64,000 bases of DNA, taken from contig OZ024742.1 in the NCBI GenBank assembly GCA_964016885.1, positions 344,596,001 to 344,660,000 of the forward strand, in the 5' to 3' direction. The notes below the pieces were generated by a model. The model was not told the DNA's origin, did not search any database, and was given only the letters and a program-made list of their open reading frames with translations. Every line of letters begins with the position of its first letter. Position 1 is the first letter of the stretch. The position numbers and the translations under genes are program-made. The stretch comes from Eledone cirrhosa. Taxonomy: Eukaryota. Shown here piece after piece: positions 49,785 through 62,395 of the stretch.

Positions 49785-52700
49785 ATGGCTATGCTAAGAG
49801 TAGGCTGTTTAAATGCGCGTGGCCTGGGCTCAACTTGGAAGCAAACAATGCTTCTAAATGACCTCAGGTCACAACGTATAGATGCGATGGTTATTTGCGA
49901 GGCCCGGATCAGCAACGTGCGACAGCTGGCCCCCACCTTTGATGACTTTGAGATGCACGCATCTCTCTGTCAGCCGGGAGGTGGGGGTGGAGTTGTCGTT
50001 CTGCTGCAAAAACATCTGGGTCTCGCAACACAGATGGTACATTTGGACCCGGAGGGTCGACTAGTGGTTCTGGACCTTGGCAGTGGTAAAGGCGGAGCGT
50101 TTAGGTTGGTAGCCGCCTACGGCCCTTTCGGGTCAATGCGGCCGGACTTCTTCCATCGTCTGGAGACTTTTCTAGCTCCTTGCTATTAGTGGGGGACTGG
50201 AATGGTATCCTAGATGCACGCTGGGACTACGTATGGGGCCTGCCCCGATAGAGAGGGGTGTAATAGCCTCAAAGGGTTAATCGGTCGATTTGACCTGGCC
50301 GATAGATATCGACTAGATTTTCCGACTGCGCCAACCTGGACTTGGGCAAATCGTAGCGGATCATCTAGGTCGTACCTAGATAGGTTCTTAGTTAGAATTA
50401 AGGATAAGGACATTTTAAGTTGTCCAAAAATGCGCATGGTTGGCTATTCAGACCACAAATTAGTGACCTGCATGGTCAACCTTGACAGAACTCATAGACA
50501 GGGCCCCGGTTACTGGAAGCTCAACTTGTCCTTACCGGCAAGTAAGGCTTACAGGAACCGGATTAGCACTTTAGTTAAGGAGCGGTTGACGGGCGCCATC
50601 GTCAACAGCAGGTGGTGGGGATCTCTCAAAAGAGAGATTAGAGTAGTCTCTATAGAATTTAGTAAGGAGTTAGCCTCAAATAGAAATAGGAAGGAAAGGG
50701 AGTTGGTAGATAGTGTAGAAGAGGCAATTAGAAGCGGCGACGTGGCCAGAGTGCTAGCGTCGAGAACGGCCCTGGGCCAGTTCTTCGACGCGAAACACGA
50801 AGGCTGCATCGTCCGAAGCAGAATACGTGCTCTGGGAAACGAGGGGACCAAAGCTGTTAGCTGGGCCCGCGTGACAGAAGCCAAAAGAGGGAGCAGATCC
50901 ACTATCCGGTCTTTGCGAGACCAGGATGGACGGGTGATCCTTGAAACTAAGCAGATGTGCGAGGCTTTTCAAAAGCACTTTGCCGGATTGTTCGGAAGGG
51001 GCGGGGGGCCGGTTGGGGACGTGGACTTCGGTCCATACCTCGACGGCCTGCCGCGTCTCTCAGACAGGGAGGCGAAGTCCCGCGAGGAGCCGATTTCAGC
51101 CGCTGAGATAGAGGACGTGCTGAGCCAATGCGGCAAACGCAAATCCCCAGGTCTCGATGGTCTTCCATACGAACTATATCTAGCTATGCCGGACTTGTTC
51201 CCCGAACTCCTCGAGGCGGTCTACTGCAACTGGCAACAGAACGGGAGAATTCCCTGTGCTGTGACCAAGGGCGTAGTCACGCTAGTGAGGAAGGACGAGA
51301 ACAAGGGGGACGATATAAATAATTTCAGGCCCATAACTCTGCTAAATACAGAGTTACAGATTTTGGCCAAGGTGCTAGCAAAGAGGTTGGCGCTTGTCGT
51401 GGGAAACCTGGTGGAAGATGCGCAGACATGTGCTAACCCGTCCAGGTCCATCCACGATAACCTCCACCTCATGCGATACATCATAGAGAGGGTTGGGAAC
51501 GAACCCGGCTTTGGTGGGGCCCTGATCAACTTGGATCAATATAAGGCATTCGATAGGGTCGACCATGGTTACCTGGATGCGGTGCTAGCGGCGGCAGGCT
51601 TCGGACCCGTTTTCAGGGGCTGGATCAATGCCATGCACAGCAGCCGCATCTGCTCTAGGGTCAAGGTGAACGGCTACCTCTCGGAGCCGTTCGAAATCGC
51701 GCAGTGCATCCGACAGGGGTGCCCTCTCTACTCCCTTCTGTATGTAATGACTCTAGAGCCACTGCTGCGGAAGTTGGAGTTGTTGCAGGGCATCCCGTTG
51801 GAACCGGGATTGCGGAAAGCGGTGTCAGCCTACGCCGATGACGTAACAGTAATGGTGTCGACGGCCTCGGAAATCAGGGCGATTGGCACCTTACTGGAGG
51901 AGTACGAAAGGTTTACAGGGGCTAAGCTGAACCGGGACAAGTCGATCGGTCTGCAACTCGGCACGTGGAGGGGCAGATCGATGCCCTCCGATGGCGTCGT
52001 CGGGCGCTGGACGGAGGGCCCGGTGAAGTTGCTCGGGGTCTGGTTCGGACCAGACCTCCAGGTGGAGAAGAACTGGGGTGAGGTGACGAACAGGGTGTTT
52101 GCACTGACCTAGAAGTGGGCCGAGTGCAAACTGTCCCTGAAAGGACGGGCGGAGGTGGCGAACACTTATATAGCGTCCGTCATCTACTACCGCCTGACCG
52201 TTGTGCCTTGCCCAAGGGAAACGCTCGCCAAAATTGAGCGTGCACTCTTCCAATTCCTTTGGAAGAAGCGGGCTCCTATGGTGAGGAGATCCATCTGCTG
52301 TCAACACCCTTCGAAAGGAGGGCTGGGGATGCCGTGGCTAATGATACGTAAACACGCATTAAGGCTACGGCACCTTCAGGTATTCCTCTCCGGTCAACCG
52401 GTGTGGGCTCCGTTTGTGAGGCGAGCCTTTCCCAGACTCGTCTCACTCACCGAGCTGCAATCCTGGGTCAAGCAAAGACCGAGAAAACTGGGCGCCTGGC
52501 ACACCGAGTGTGCCCAGGCACTCACGGCTCTCTGGCAGGCGGACCCGGCTGTCAGTGGAGACTCCACCACAACATTCTATAGAGGGCTGGTACGCAGCAG
52601 GTGCGACGACGCCCTCGGAGAAGCCCTAGACATGGAGGAGGACGAACTGGCCAGCCTGTTCGGTAGGACATTCAGCCCGGGACCTATGGACAACTTCCAG

Positions 52701-52970
52701 AAGTCCCTGGCCTGGCAGTGCTACCGAGGGGCTTTACCCGTTCGAGAAAGGCTCTACAGACACGGGCGCCCGGGTAGGGACCCCGCCAAAAAGATCTGTC
52801 CCAGATGCGTGTGCGACGAGGAAACCGTTGCACACGCATTGGTACACTGCTCGGACGTAGCCGATCTGTAGGGCTATGTCGAACAACTGCTGTCAAGGGT
52901 GGGGCCGATCCGGGTGAAAGTGGCGAGAATGGCCCGTGTGAATGGGCCTTCTCTTTACATAAGCCTGTAG
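49785..52970 (+). pseudogene. LINE ORF2 (APE-RT-CCHC), disrupted
   Basis: 632-aa open block with KSPGLDGLPYELY, NFRPITLLNT, AYADD; stops at ~52110 and ~52869. Confidence 0.93.
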
Positions 52971-53245
52971 GTGGAAAAGAGGAAGGAACGAGGGAGCACC
53001 CCCTCTCTGTGCTCCTGAGGAAAAGGGTTGCACACTTTTTTCGGGGGTGTGTGCGACCCCCCAAGGCACCTCCTCTCTATTGAGGACTTTGTTATAAATT
53101 TTATTTTTTGTTATATTTTATTTTATTTTTATATATTGTTATTGCCTCCTCCTTATTGAGGACGCCTTGTTTTGTAAACTCCCCCATTGTACTTGTCCCA
53201 CTTTTGATGCCCTGGTGGCAAATAAAAGAAACATATCTATCTATC

Positions 53246-53624
53246 TATCACTTTAGAAGAAGAATCAGAGTGGAGAGAGAGGCACTGCACCCCAGTAAAT
53301 TTATTGAAAGGTGGGTGAATGAAGCGAAAATGGCCCGAGTGATTGGGCCTTCTCTGTTTATAAGCCTGCAGGTTAAAGAAGAGAGCAAAAGGAAGAAGGG
53401 AGCACTTGCACAACACGCTCCTGAAGTTGAGGGTTGTTCTATCGACGGGGTATTAAACAACCCATTTGTGGCGTCTCCCCCTATTGGGGATTTCGATTGT
53501 TATAATTGTTTGTTTTATATATATATATATATATATTTTTTTTTACACGACTGTATGTAAAATCCCCGGCATGTGTCTTTGTATTGTCCCCTTTTCTTGT
53601 GCGCTCTTGTGGCAAATAAAGAAA
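53246..53624 (+). mobile_element. Tx1-clade LINE array copy D, short 3' fragment of a different subfamily
   Basis: YHFRRRIRVEREALHPSKFIERW; its 3' UTR matches the inverted fragment at 11372. Confidence 0.88.
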
Positions 53625-53628
53625 TATA

Positions 53629-56600
53629 TCTATATACTATTAAAACTCTGATCTTGCGTGCTTGCTGTTATGTAATACAGCCAAAAGGGCACATAATGGG
53701 TAAATACTTTGAAAGCAAGTTGGCTCTGAAATGGGAATACAAATTAAATAAAACAAGTTTCGCGAAATCTGACCCCGGGTTTCCGAGATTCGCGGGTTTG
53801 GGGGGAACCTTCGTAAATAGACACAACGGTGCATACTGGGAAAATACCTCGAAATTAACATAAACCTGCAAAACGTTGTAAATAGCCAAAACATTGCATA
53901 ATGAGAAAATACTCTGAATAAAACAAGTTTGGCGTAAATGGCACATGAACAATATTTTCAATTTTCCAAAAATAGCAAGGAATTCATCTAATTTCAATTT
54001 ATCTCATTTTATAATGAATATCGAAAAGAATAATCCCTTTTGGTTTTTGGTTGTCCATTCTGTAGGTAAGAGAGACATAGAGGGGGTGAAAGAGAGAATG
54101 AGAGAGAGGGGATGAGAGAGAGAAAGAGAGAGTGAGGGTGAGAGAGAGAAAGAGAGAGAGTGAGGGATGAAAGAGAGAATAAAGAGATGAGAGAGAGACA
54201 GCGTCCTTAACTTTTATTTATTTTATCTCTCCCCCCTATCCATAACGTTATTTCTTTCTCTCTCTTTCACAGTTCTACTGCCACCGTGTGTATCTGTATG
54301 TGTATGTGTGCCAGTGCATGTGTTTACGTACTTAGAGACGTGTGTGTAACAGTACTTAAGTTAGAGACATATATATATATGTGTGTGTGTGTGTAGGATA
54401 CCTTCGTAAATAGCCAAAACGGTGCATAATGGAAAAATATCCCTGTAAGTGACATAACCCTGAATTGGGGATAAAACAAGTTTTACGTAAATCGACATTT
54501 TCATCATTCGAGAAATATTTTTTATAATTATTAAGAAAAGATTTTTCACTGATTTCCCAGTGAATATGATTTCAAAACTACAAGTTGTTTGTACTTCAAG
54601 TATCTATATTTGAGCTTTCTTTAAACAGAAATATTCCTAAATGATGATTTAAAAAAAATATTTGTTGAAGTAATAGGAATTTTTTCTAACGTGAATACGA
54701 TTTTCTATTCTTAAATAATGCCTCGACGAGGAAGAAAGAAAACATCTGGTTGGTCTATCGATAGTGGAAAGAAAGCACGGCTAAGGAGAGCCGAAGAAGG
54801 TGAGCAAGATAGTGGTCAACGCCAACAAGATCGGCACAGGCATGCGAATAGAAGGATCGATGAGACTGAGAAAGCAAGGGCTGCGCGTCTGGCGGAACAG
54901 AGGGAAAGAGACAGAAGAAGGAGAGATCATGAATCGGATGGTCGGAGAGCTGAATGACTTTGCCAACAAACCATTAGGGATAGAGCAAGGACAGTTCAAC
55001 GACGTGACCTCTATGCTGATGTTGGACAGATGAATAAGATCTGTGTCTGTTGTCATGCAATGCTTTTTCATGGTGAAACTGCTAACTTTTGCTGTATGAA
55101 TGAAAAGGTCAGGCTGGGGAATCTGCAGCATTTATCCCAGGAACTTCACAGTTTATTTAGTACTGATCAACCTAGGGCAAACGAGTTCAGGAAGAACCTC
55201 AGACAATATAACTGCATGTTCCAAATTACATCTTTTGGGGTTGAAGAAGTTCATTCCTCAAAGAGTGGATGGAATCCTTCTATCGTTATTCATGGTCAAA
55301 TTCACCATTACATCGGTTCCTTAACCCCTAATCAAAACGAACAACCCAATGTCTTCAAATTTACTTCTTGGATCCTCAGGATAGTGTTGATTTGAGGATC
55401 AGGATACTCCATAACGATGGCATTCAGCGCGATATAGTTGAATTATTGGAAATAATACTCAGACAATATAACCCTTACGTTGCTTCATTTCGAATGGCAA
55501 AAGAACAAATTAAAAATATTCCCGAAGCTTCGATTATTGTTGATCCTGATAGGAGACCAGCAATGGAACATGAGATAAGATTCAATACACAAACTGCAAA
55601 CGAAGTTGCCGTTATTATACAAAATAGCAGCGAACTTCAAGCAAAAGCACGGCATATTGTGTTGAAAGAAAAAGGCGGGCAATTGCAAATAATCTCAGAG
55701 TCCCATCGGTCCTATGACAGTTTGCATTATGTTCTCTTTTTTCCTTTTGACTATGACGGATGGCATCATGAGCTATTAATGAGCAACAACAAGAAGTTGA
55801 CGCCAATGCGCTACTATGCCTATCGAATAATGAACCATGAGAATGAATTCAACCAACTTCTCAGAGCCGGTCGTTTGTTTCAGCAATATTTGGTTGACAT
55901 GGCTGCGAAGATTGAAGGAGATAGACTGCAATACATCCGAATGAATCAAACATCATTGCGATCTACAGCATACAAGGGCCTTACTGACGCATTGAATGAT
56001 GATGACGATTTTCTCAATATTGGCAGGGGAATCATACTCTCTTCCACATTTATCGGTAGACCTAGATATATGATGGAGCGATGCCAGGATTCCATGATGT
56101 ACATACGGAAGTACGGCAATCCTTCGTTCTTCATCACAATGACATGCAATCCAAACTGGCCCGAAATCCGGCAAAACCTATTCCTGAATCAGAAGCCACA
56201 TGGCAGGCCAGATTTAATTGCCAGAGTATTTGACCTGAAGCTGAAACTGTTAAGAAAGTATCTTACTGGAGTAGATGGCCTATTTGGCAAGTGTATTGCT
56301 TACGTGCTGACAGTCGAATATCAAAAGCGAGGTCTTCCTCATGTGCACTGTTTGCTATGGCTCAATGAAGCCTCCAAGCCCAGACCGCAGGAATATGATA
56401 AATTTGTTCAAGCCGAAATACCAGATCCAAACAAAGATCCAGGGGGTCATGAAATGGTGCTGAATCGCATTATCCACGGTCCGAATTGCTCTAACAATTC
56501 GCCGTGTTGGAAAGATGGAACGTGCAGTAAGCGGTAACCTAAGCCGTTCAATGAATATACATTGCGTGGAGACGACTCTTATCCTGTGTACAGAAGACGG

Positions 56601-58990
56601 TCTCCAGGAATGCGAGGATTTGAGGGGCACCAAGAACGAAGGGGAAGCCGAAATATAACTTCGGAATGAGTGGTTCCCTACAATATGAAACTATTAAAAC
56701 TGTTCAACTGCCACCTAAACGTAGAGATGTGCTCTTCCATGAAATCGATCAAATACATTATCAAATATACCATGAAGGGCAGTGATCAGGCAATGTTTGG
56801 AGTGAACAGGCAAGATGAGATAATACAGTATTTAACAGGAAGATATATCGGTCCTTCAGAAGCTGTTCCTTGGTACTTGTATTTCCAATTTATGAGAGAG
56901 AACCGGCCGTAGTTCGCCTCCAAGTTCATCTACCTGAGTAAAATCAAATCTTCTTTCGGGTCAATGCTGCTGTTAAAGTAAACAATAACATGGCTAAGAC
57001 GACTCTCACTGATTTCTTGGATCTTTGCGATCGCGATCCGTTTGCAAAAACATTGTATTATAGCGATGTGCCAAAGTTTTACACATGGAGTAATAAGAGA
57101 TGAGAAAGGAGAAAGGTGAGGGAAACAGTTGAGCAGTATCCAGGGATTTTTGAGGCGAAGGTTTTGGGACGAGTATACACTGTTTCTCCACGAAGTGGTG
57201 ACTTGTATTATTTAAGACTCCTGCATCACGTCAAAAGGCCAGTATCCTTCAACTCTTTGAAAATATGTGATAGAGAACTCCTGCCATTATTCAAAGACGT
57301 CTGCAGAGAGAAAGGTTTGCTTCAATCGGATGATCATTGGCAGCAGACTCTGGAAGATGCTGAGCGAACAAGGCTTCCCAAAGCCATAAGAGATCTATTC
57401 ATCCTGCTCCTCACAAATACGGAAATTGACAATTCCAGTCCTTTATGGGCGCGATTTAAGCATTTGCTGTCTGAGAGTTACCTTCAAATAGAAAAAAGGG
57501 TTACCAGAAACTCTAACCTTTTGATTAGCGAGAGACATTATGATCAATGTCTTCTGTATTTTGAAGACAAACTTAACGACCTGGCCAAAAGTCTTAGTGA
57601 CTTTAACTTGCCAAGGCCAAATAATATTGTTGCTAATCAGGATATTGGCAATTTGGAGTTATTGCATGAATTGCAATACAGCAGAGAAGAGCAGCGACGA
57701 TTTGTAGAAGAGAGGGAGCTTCTATTGAATAGTGATCAAACACACGTGTACGACTTCGTTTGTAACAGTTTAGAGACGAACACATCTCCATTGATTTTCA
57801 TTGACGCTCCAGGTGGAACAGGAAAGACATTCCTGATTAACTTAATTCTTTGAAAAGTCAGGGGAAACGGTGACGTAGCTATTGTTGATGCATCATCTGG
57901 CATTTCCGCAACACTGATGCCTGGTGGAAGAACAGCGCATTCTAGGTTCAAAATACCGATAGTAGTGAAAGAAAATGATCTGTGCAACATTGATAAAAAC
58001 TCAAGGACCGCAAACCTTTTCCAGCATACAAGGCTGATTGTTTGGGATGAGTGTCCTATGATTCGGGGGGAAAGCTTCAAAGCTGTTGACCTCACTCTGC
58101 GTGACATATGCGACAACAATGAGGCATTCAGTGGAATTTTGACAAATTATTGTGGCGATTTCCGTCAGCTTCTTCCGGTAGTGAAAAGGGGAAATGAAGC
58201 GGACGTGGAAAACGCCTGCATTAAAAAATCCTACTTATGGCGAAGCTTCAAAAGATTTCAGTTGAAGAAAACATGCGATTTGGTAGCGGAGCAGGAGACT
58301 ACTCACAGTTCCTATTGGATATTGGAGAAGATAAGAAAAAAAAATGAAATGAGGAAATTATTTTGCCAAAAGTAATGGTTCTCCAAGCAACAACTATGGA
58401 AGAATGTATTGATTTCATCTACCCCTCATTCGACAATCCAGCTGAAGTGTTTTCGAACAATTGCATCTTAGTACCTCTCAATGAAATGATGAGAAGCATC
58501 AATTCCACCTGTATCAGACTCTTCTCTGGAACCATAAAAGAGTACCGATCCTATAATTCTGTGAGTTATGGTGCCAATGTCACTCATTTCCCGACTGAAT
58601 TCCTTGATTCGGTTGAACTATCAGGACTGCCACCACATAACCTGGAATTGAAAAAAGGATCGCCAATAATTTTAATGAGAGACTTGAATCCTCCTTTTTA
58701 AGCAGAAAAATCTTTCAGAACAAACAGTCAAGCATCCATAGAGATATATAAAAAAAAATTTTGAAGTGGAGTGATTGGATAACTATTAGTGAAAAATGAT
58801 TTGATATTTTCTTTGTGAAAATACTTGTGAATAATACAGTGAAAAGACAAATTTCGCGTAATCGGACCACGGGTTCCCGAGATACGCGGGTTTTTTCGGG
58901 TACCTTTATAAATAGCCAAATCAGCGCATAATGTGAAAATACTTTGAAAGTAAGGTTCCATTGAAATGTGAATACAAACGCAGATAGTGG
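53629..58990 (+). mobile_element. Helitron (formerly autonomous, decayed, 3' end not found)
   Basis: 5' A|TCTATATACTATTAAAA terminus candidate, Rep/Hel coding remnant, related subterminal repeats at both ends. Confidence 0.82.
54718..58701 (+). pseudogene. Helitron RepHel (HUH Rep plus Pif1-family helicase), disrupted and C-terminally truncated
   Basis: CxxC..CC N-terminal motif; Rep motifs FFITMTCNPNWPEI, VEYQKRGLPHVHCLL, KYIIKY; helicase motifs DAPGGTGKTF, GRTAHSRFKIP, IVWDECPM, GDFRQLLPV, SGLPPHNLELK. Confidence 0.93.
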
Positions 58991-58994
58991 TTGT

Positions 58995-59053
<59 letters not shown>

Positions 59054-59186
59054 GGTGGTGTTGTTGAATGAAATTATGACAGTTGACTTCAAAGAATGGA
59101 ATACAGAATTTCTGTATCTAGCTCGAATTTGGTGACTGAATATTAAGTTATATGTATCTTATAATTTGTGTTAGGACAGGATATAT

Positions 59187-59543
59187 AATAATAATAATGA
59201 AATTATTGTGTAAAGTGCTCAGGTGCACTACAACTCGTCAAAGGTGCATGTATAGTGCATGTATAGTACATAGAATAATATACAAATGTCAGGGAAGTGA
59301 ATAGTATATGGGTCATGATATACATGTGTGTATGTGTATGGTGGGGGAACATTAGGTGTAGTCTTGGCGAATCTCAGGAAGCATGGAGGTTTTAAAGGAT
59401 GCAGTGTCTCGACAGCTAATAACTGATGCAGGTAGTTTGTTCCATGCTTCAGCAACTCTGAGCGCGAAAAAATGTTTCCGAAAGTCATGGGAACTGTGCT
59501 GTTTTCTGACTTTGTGGGCATGCCCACGTGTGTTAGACACATA
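59187..59543 (-). mobile_element. CR1-clade LINE 3' fragment
   Basis: SNTRGHAHKVRKQ...RKHFFALRVAEAWNKLP (CR1-type ORF2 C-terminus), 3' UTR, (TTA)n tail. Confidence 0.85.
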
Positions 59544-59547
59544 TGTG

Positions 59548-59634
59548 TACACACCTAAACGTATACTAAGATATATCAATGCTTAAAGACTAGAGATAAT
59601 CTGTACTGAGTGTGAAATTACTTATTTCGTAGAG
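59548..59634. repeat. 87-bp direct repeat, copy 2
   Basis: Matches 40287-40373. Confidence 0.85.
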
Positions 59635-59671
59635 TATGTATATATGTATATATATATATATATATGTAGGA

Positions 59672-59767
59672 TGTCCGTAAAAAGGTCAGGGAAAACAATG
59701 CTCAATGTATATATATATATATATATATATTCATTGAGCATTGTTTTCCCTGACCTTTTTACGGACA
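59672..59767. repeat. Perfect 36-bp inverted duplication around a (TA)n spacer at the PLE 5' junction
   Basis: 59672-59707 is the exact reverse complement of 59732-59767. Confidence 0.95.
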
Positions 59768-62395
59768 CCAACAAACCACCCAGGGAGGGAACGCGCGGCA
59801 TCGAGGAAATATTCAAATCCAGAAGAAATCCACCGCACAATAAATACTTGGAGGAATTCGAGACTGAAATGTCTAACATAGTGTCCAACCTTAAGTTTAG
59901 GAAAAACCCACTCAGGAGAAAAAGTTACCTGAGACGACTGAAAGGTGAGCTAGTAAGATTAAAGAACTCGACCGACATTTTGGTGCACGCAGACAAGACT
60001 AGCAACCTGTACGATATGGATAGAGTAACTTATGATGATTTGATAACCAGAGAACTTAGGAAAAGATACAGAAAAACTACATGGGCCAACCTGGATTTAA
60101 TTAACACGGAGGCCAATAGCGTCTTGATTAAACTGGGTATTGAGGATAAAACCGAACCCTTCCATCCTAGAACCTCGAGGATTTTGCTGAAGGACCACAA
60201 ATTGAACTTTGAATCATTAAGACCTGTCAGGCTGATAGCCCCTTCGAAGTCGGACATAGGAATCGTAAGTAAAAACATCATTGATAAAATAATCCCCACT
60301 CTAGTTAGGAGATCGAAGCTCAAGTTGTGGTCAGGAACTAGTGAGGTAATTAACTGGTGTGAGAAATCGCAGAATAAGAATAGCACTAAGCTTATACAGT
60401 TCGATATCTCTAATTACCACTCTTCAATCTCTCCAACTCTTCTAGGTAGGGCCCTTAACTTTGCTGGCTTACACACCGACCTTACATCCGAGGAAATTAG
60501 CATTATTCTCCTAGCTAGGAAAACCTTAATTGAATTCAAAGGTAACCTGTGGACTAGGAAGGATTGGCCAGACAATTTCGACATCACCATGGGATCCACG
60601 GACTCGGCCCAGGTGACAGATCTGGTGGGCCTTTACCACCTTGACTGTCTCGGAGCGGAAATGCCCCACCTGGGAGGCGGCGCTTACCATGACGACGTCT
60701 TGTTTACTGTGTCGTTCCATAATAATAGTATGGTAGAGAGGGTGAGGAAAAAACTTTGCAAATTCTTCAAGAGCATAGACCTAAGTATAGTATTTGAAGA
60801 GAATTTAAAAATAGTTAATTTTCTTGATGTTACACTTAACCTCAATTCAGGACTCTTCAAACCTTACCACAAACCCAACGAGAATCTAAACTACGTCAAC
60901 GCAAAATCGAACCACCCTAGAATAGTCACTAACGGTATTACCAAAAGCGTCTCTAGTAGAATTTCAGGACTATCTTCTAATGAAGATACCTTTAATAAGA
61001 TCTCGAATTACTATAATAGCGCCCTTGAACGCGCAGGGCAGAGCGAGGGAATCTCATTCAAACGTCCATTAAATAGTAGAAGTAACATTGCCCGCGATAA
61101 CTTAGGCCTAAATAGTGACACTCTAATTAACAGCAGGCGGGATACGAGGGATGATTCATATAGTCTTCATGTTGTACTGCCGCCTAGTCCCAATGCTGTT
61201 GGTACTAATAGAAACAGCCACCCAGGTACTAACACTGGGTCTGAGCAACGTAACGCCAGCGGAACTCTAATGGTAACCTTAATTGTGGAACCGATAAAAC
61301 TACCGTTGAACGCAGTATGGAACGAAGGTCGAGTAAGGGGAATAGGGACAGGTGTAGCAGACGCATAGTGGATACAACCCCAGCTATCGAGGAAAACCCC
61401 AATAGCCGCACGGGGGGGGGGGGTACACCGACCTGGAGACTTGGGACGATTCCGAACACAATCGTGACACTCCAGGACACCATCGACCCACAGGTAATTT
61501 CCAGTTACAATAGACCACTAACTACTAGGGAGACAGGTAATTCTAATATAGTTAGTAGGAACAAGAGGCATCGGACCAGAAAAGTCCTGTGGTATAATCC
61601 CCCTTACTCCACTGGCCTGACCACTAGTATAGCTAAGCTTTTCTTTAGGGCCTTAGACAAATGCTTCCCTAGATCGCACAGATATTATAAAATATTCAAT
61701 AGAAATACCATCAAGCTGTCCTACTCCACAACTAGTAACATAGCTCAGAATATAGCTAAGATGAATTATAGTAGACTTAGAACAGCCATTGAGGGAATTA
61801 GGCATGGCAGGAACAATGGCAGCTCTATTGAGGAACTGACTCATACACGTGAGGCGAGTCGGGTCTCCCCAACCCCAGGGAATTTACCCGTAGAGCAGAC
61901 TGGAACTGAGACCCGACCCCAAAGGTACCGTGGTCCATCCGGAACTACCCAGATGGATAGCAAAAAATGTAACTGCAGAAGCACCGCCACCTGCCCCATG
62001 GCTGGGAAATGCCTTACCAAAAACATAGTCTACGACTGTAAGGTCTCCACTCCTGATAGAACCTTTGGGTATGTTGGCGCAACTGCCACGGAATTTAAGG
62101 ATAGATGGTATAATCACCGCTATACCTTTAATAGATTAGATAAAAAAAATAGCACGGCACTTTCGGAATTAGTCTGGAAGCTTAAACATCAGAATATAGA
62201 GCACTCCTTATCCTAGTCCATAGTTTGCTCAGCCCAACCTTATAACGGCAGCACTGGCGTCTGTAATTTATGTATAGCTGAAACTTTTAATATTATTAGA
62301 GGCGGCCCCCTATTAATTAATATAGAGAGCAGATTTTTTCAGCAACTGTCAACATAGAACCTCGAAAACCTTCCGCGGGATTTTTGGAAGGTAAC
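59732..62395 (+). pseudogene. PLE RT/GIY-YIG polyprotein, disrupted
   Basis: ADKTSNLY, RLIAPSKSDIG, QFDIS, FDITMGS, YHDD, VNFLDVTLNL, SNHP, WYNPPYS, CNCRSTATCPMAGKCL, IVY...YVG, FKDRWYNH, CNLC; frameshift ~61.3 kb and stop at 62214. Confidence 0.9.

Larger units (their letters stand above)
47756..53231 (+). mobile_element. Tx1-clade LINE array copy C, full-length with internal deletions
   Basis: Same architecture as B; ~10-nt deletion near 50177 and ~245-bp deletion near 52912 relative to B. Confidence 0.94.

Noticed and set aside
59110-59125. CTAG as the Helitron 3' terminus
   Set aside because: No preceding GC-rich hairpin, and it is not followed by T.
44455-62220. Recoding or editing-type hypermutation suggested by repeated Trp-to-stop changes in the LINE, Helitron and PLE
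   Set aside because: Both TAG and TGA occur at different positions in different copies alongside frameshifts, as expected from ordinary transitions in dead elements.
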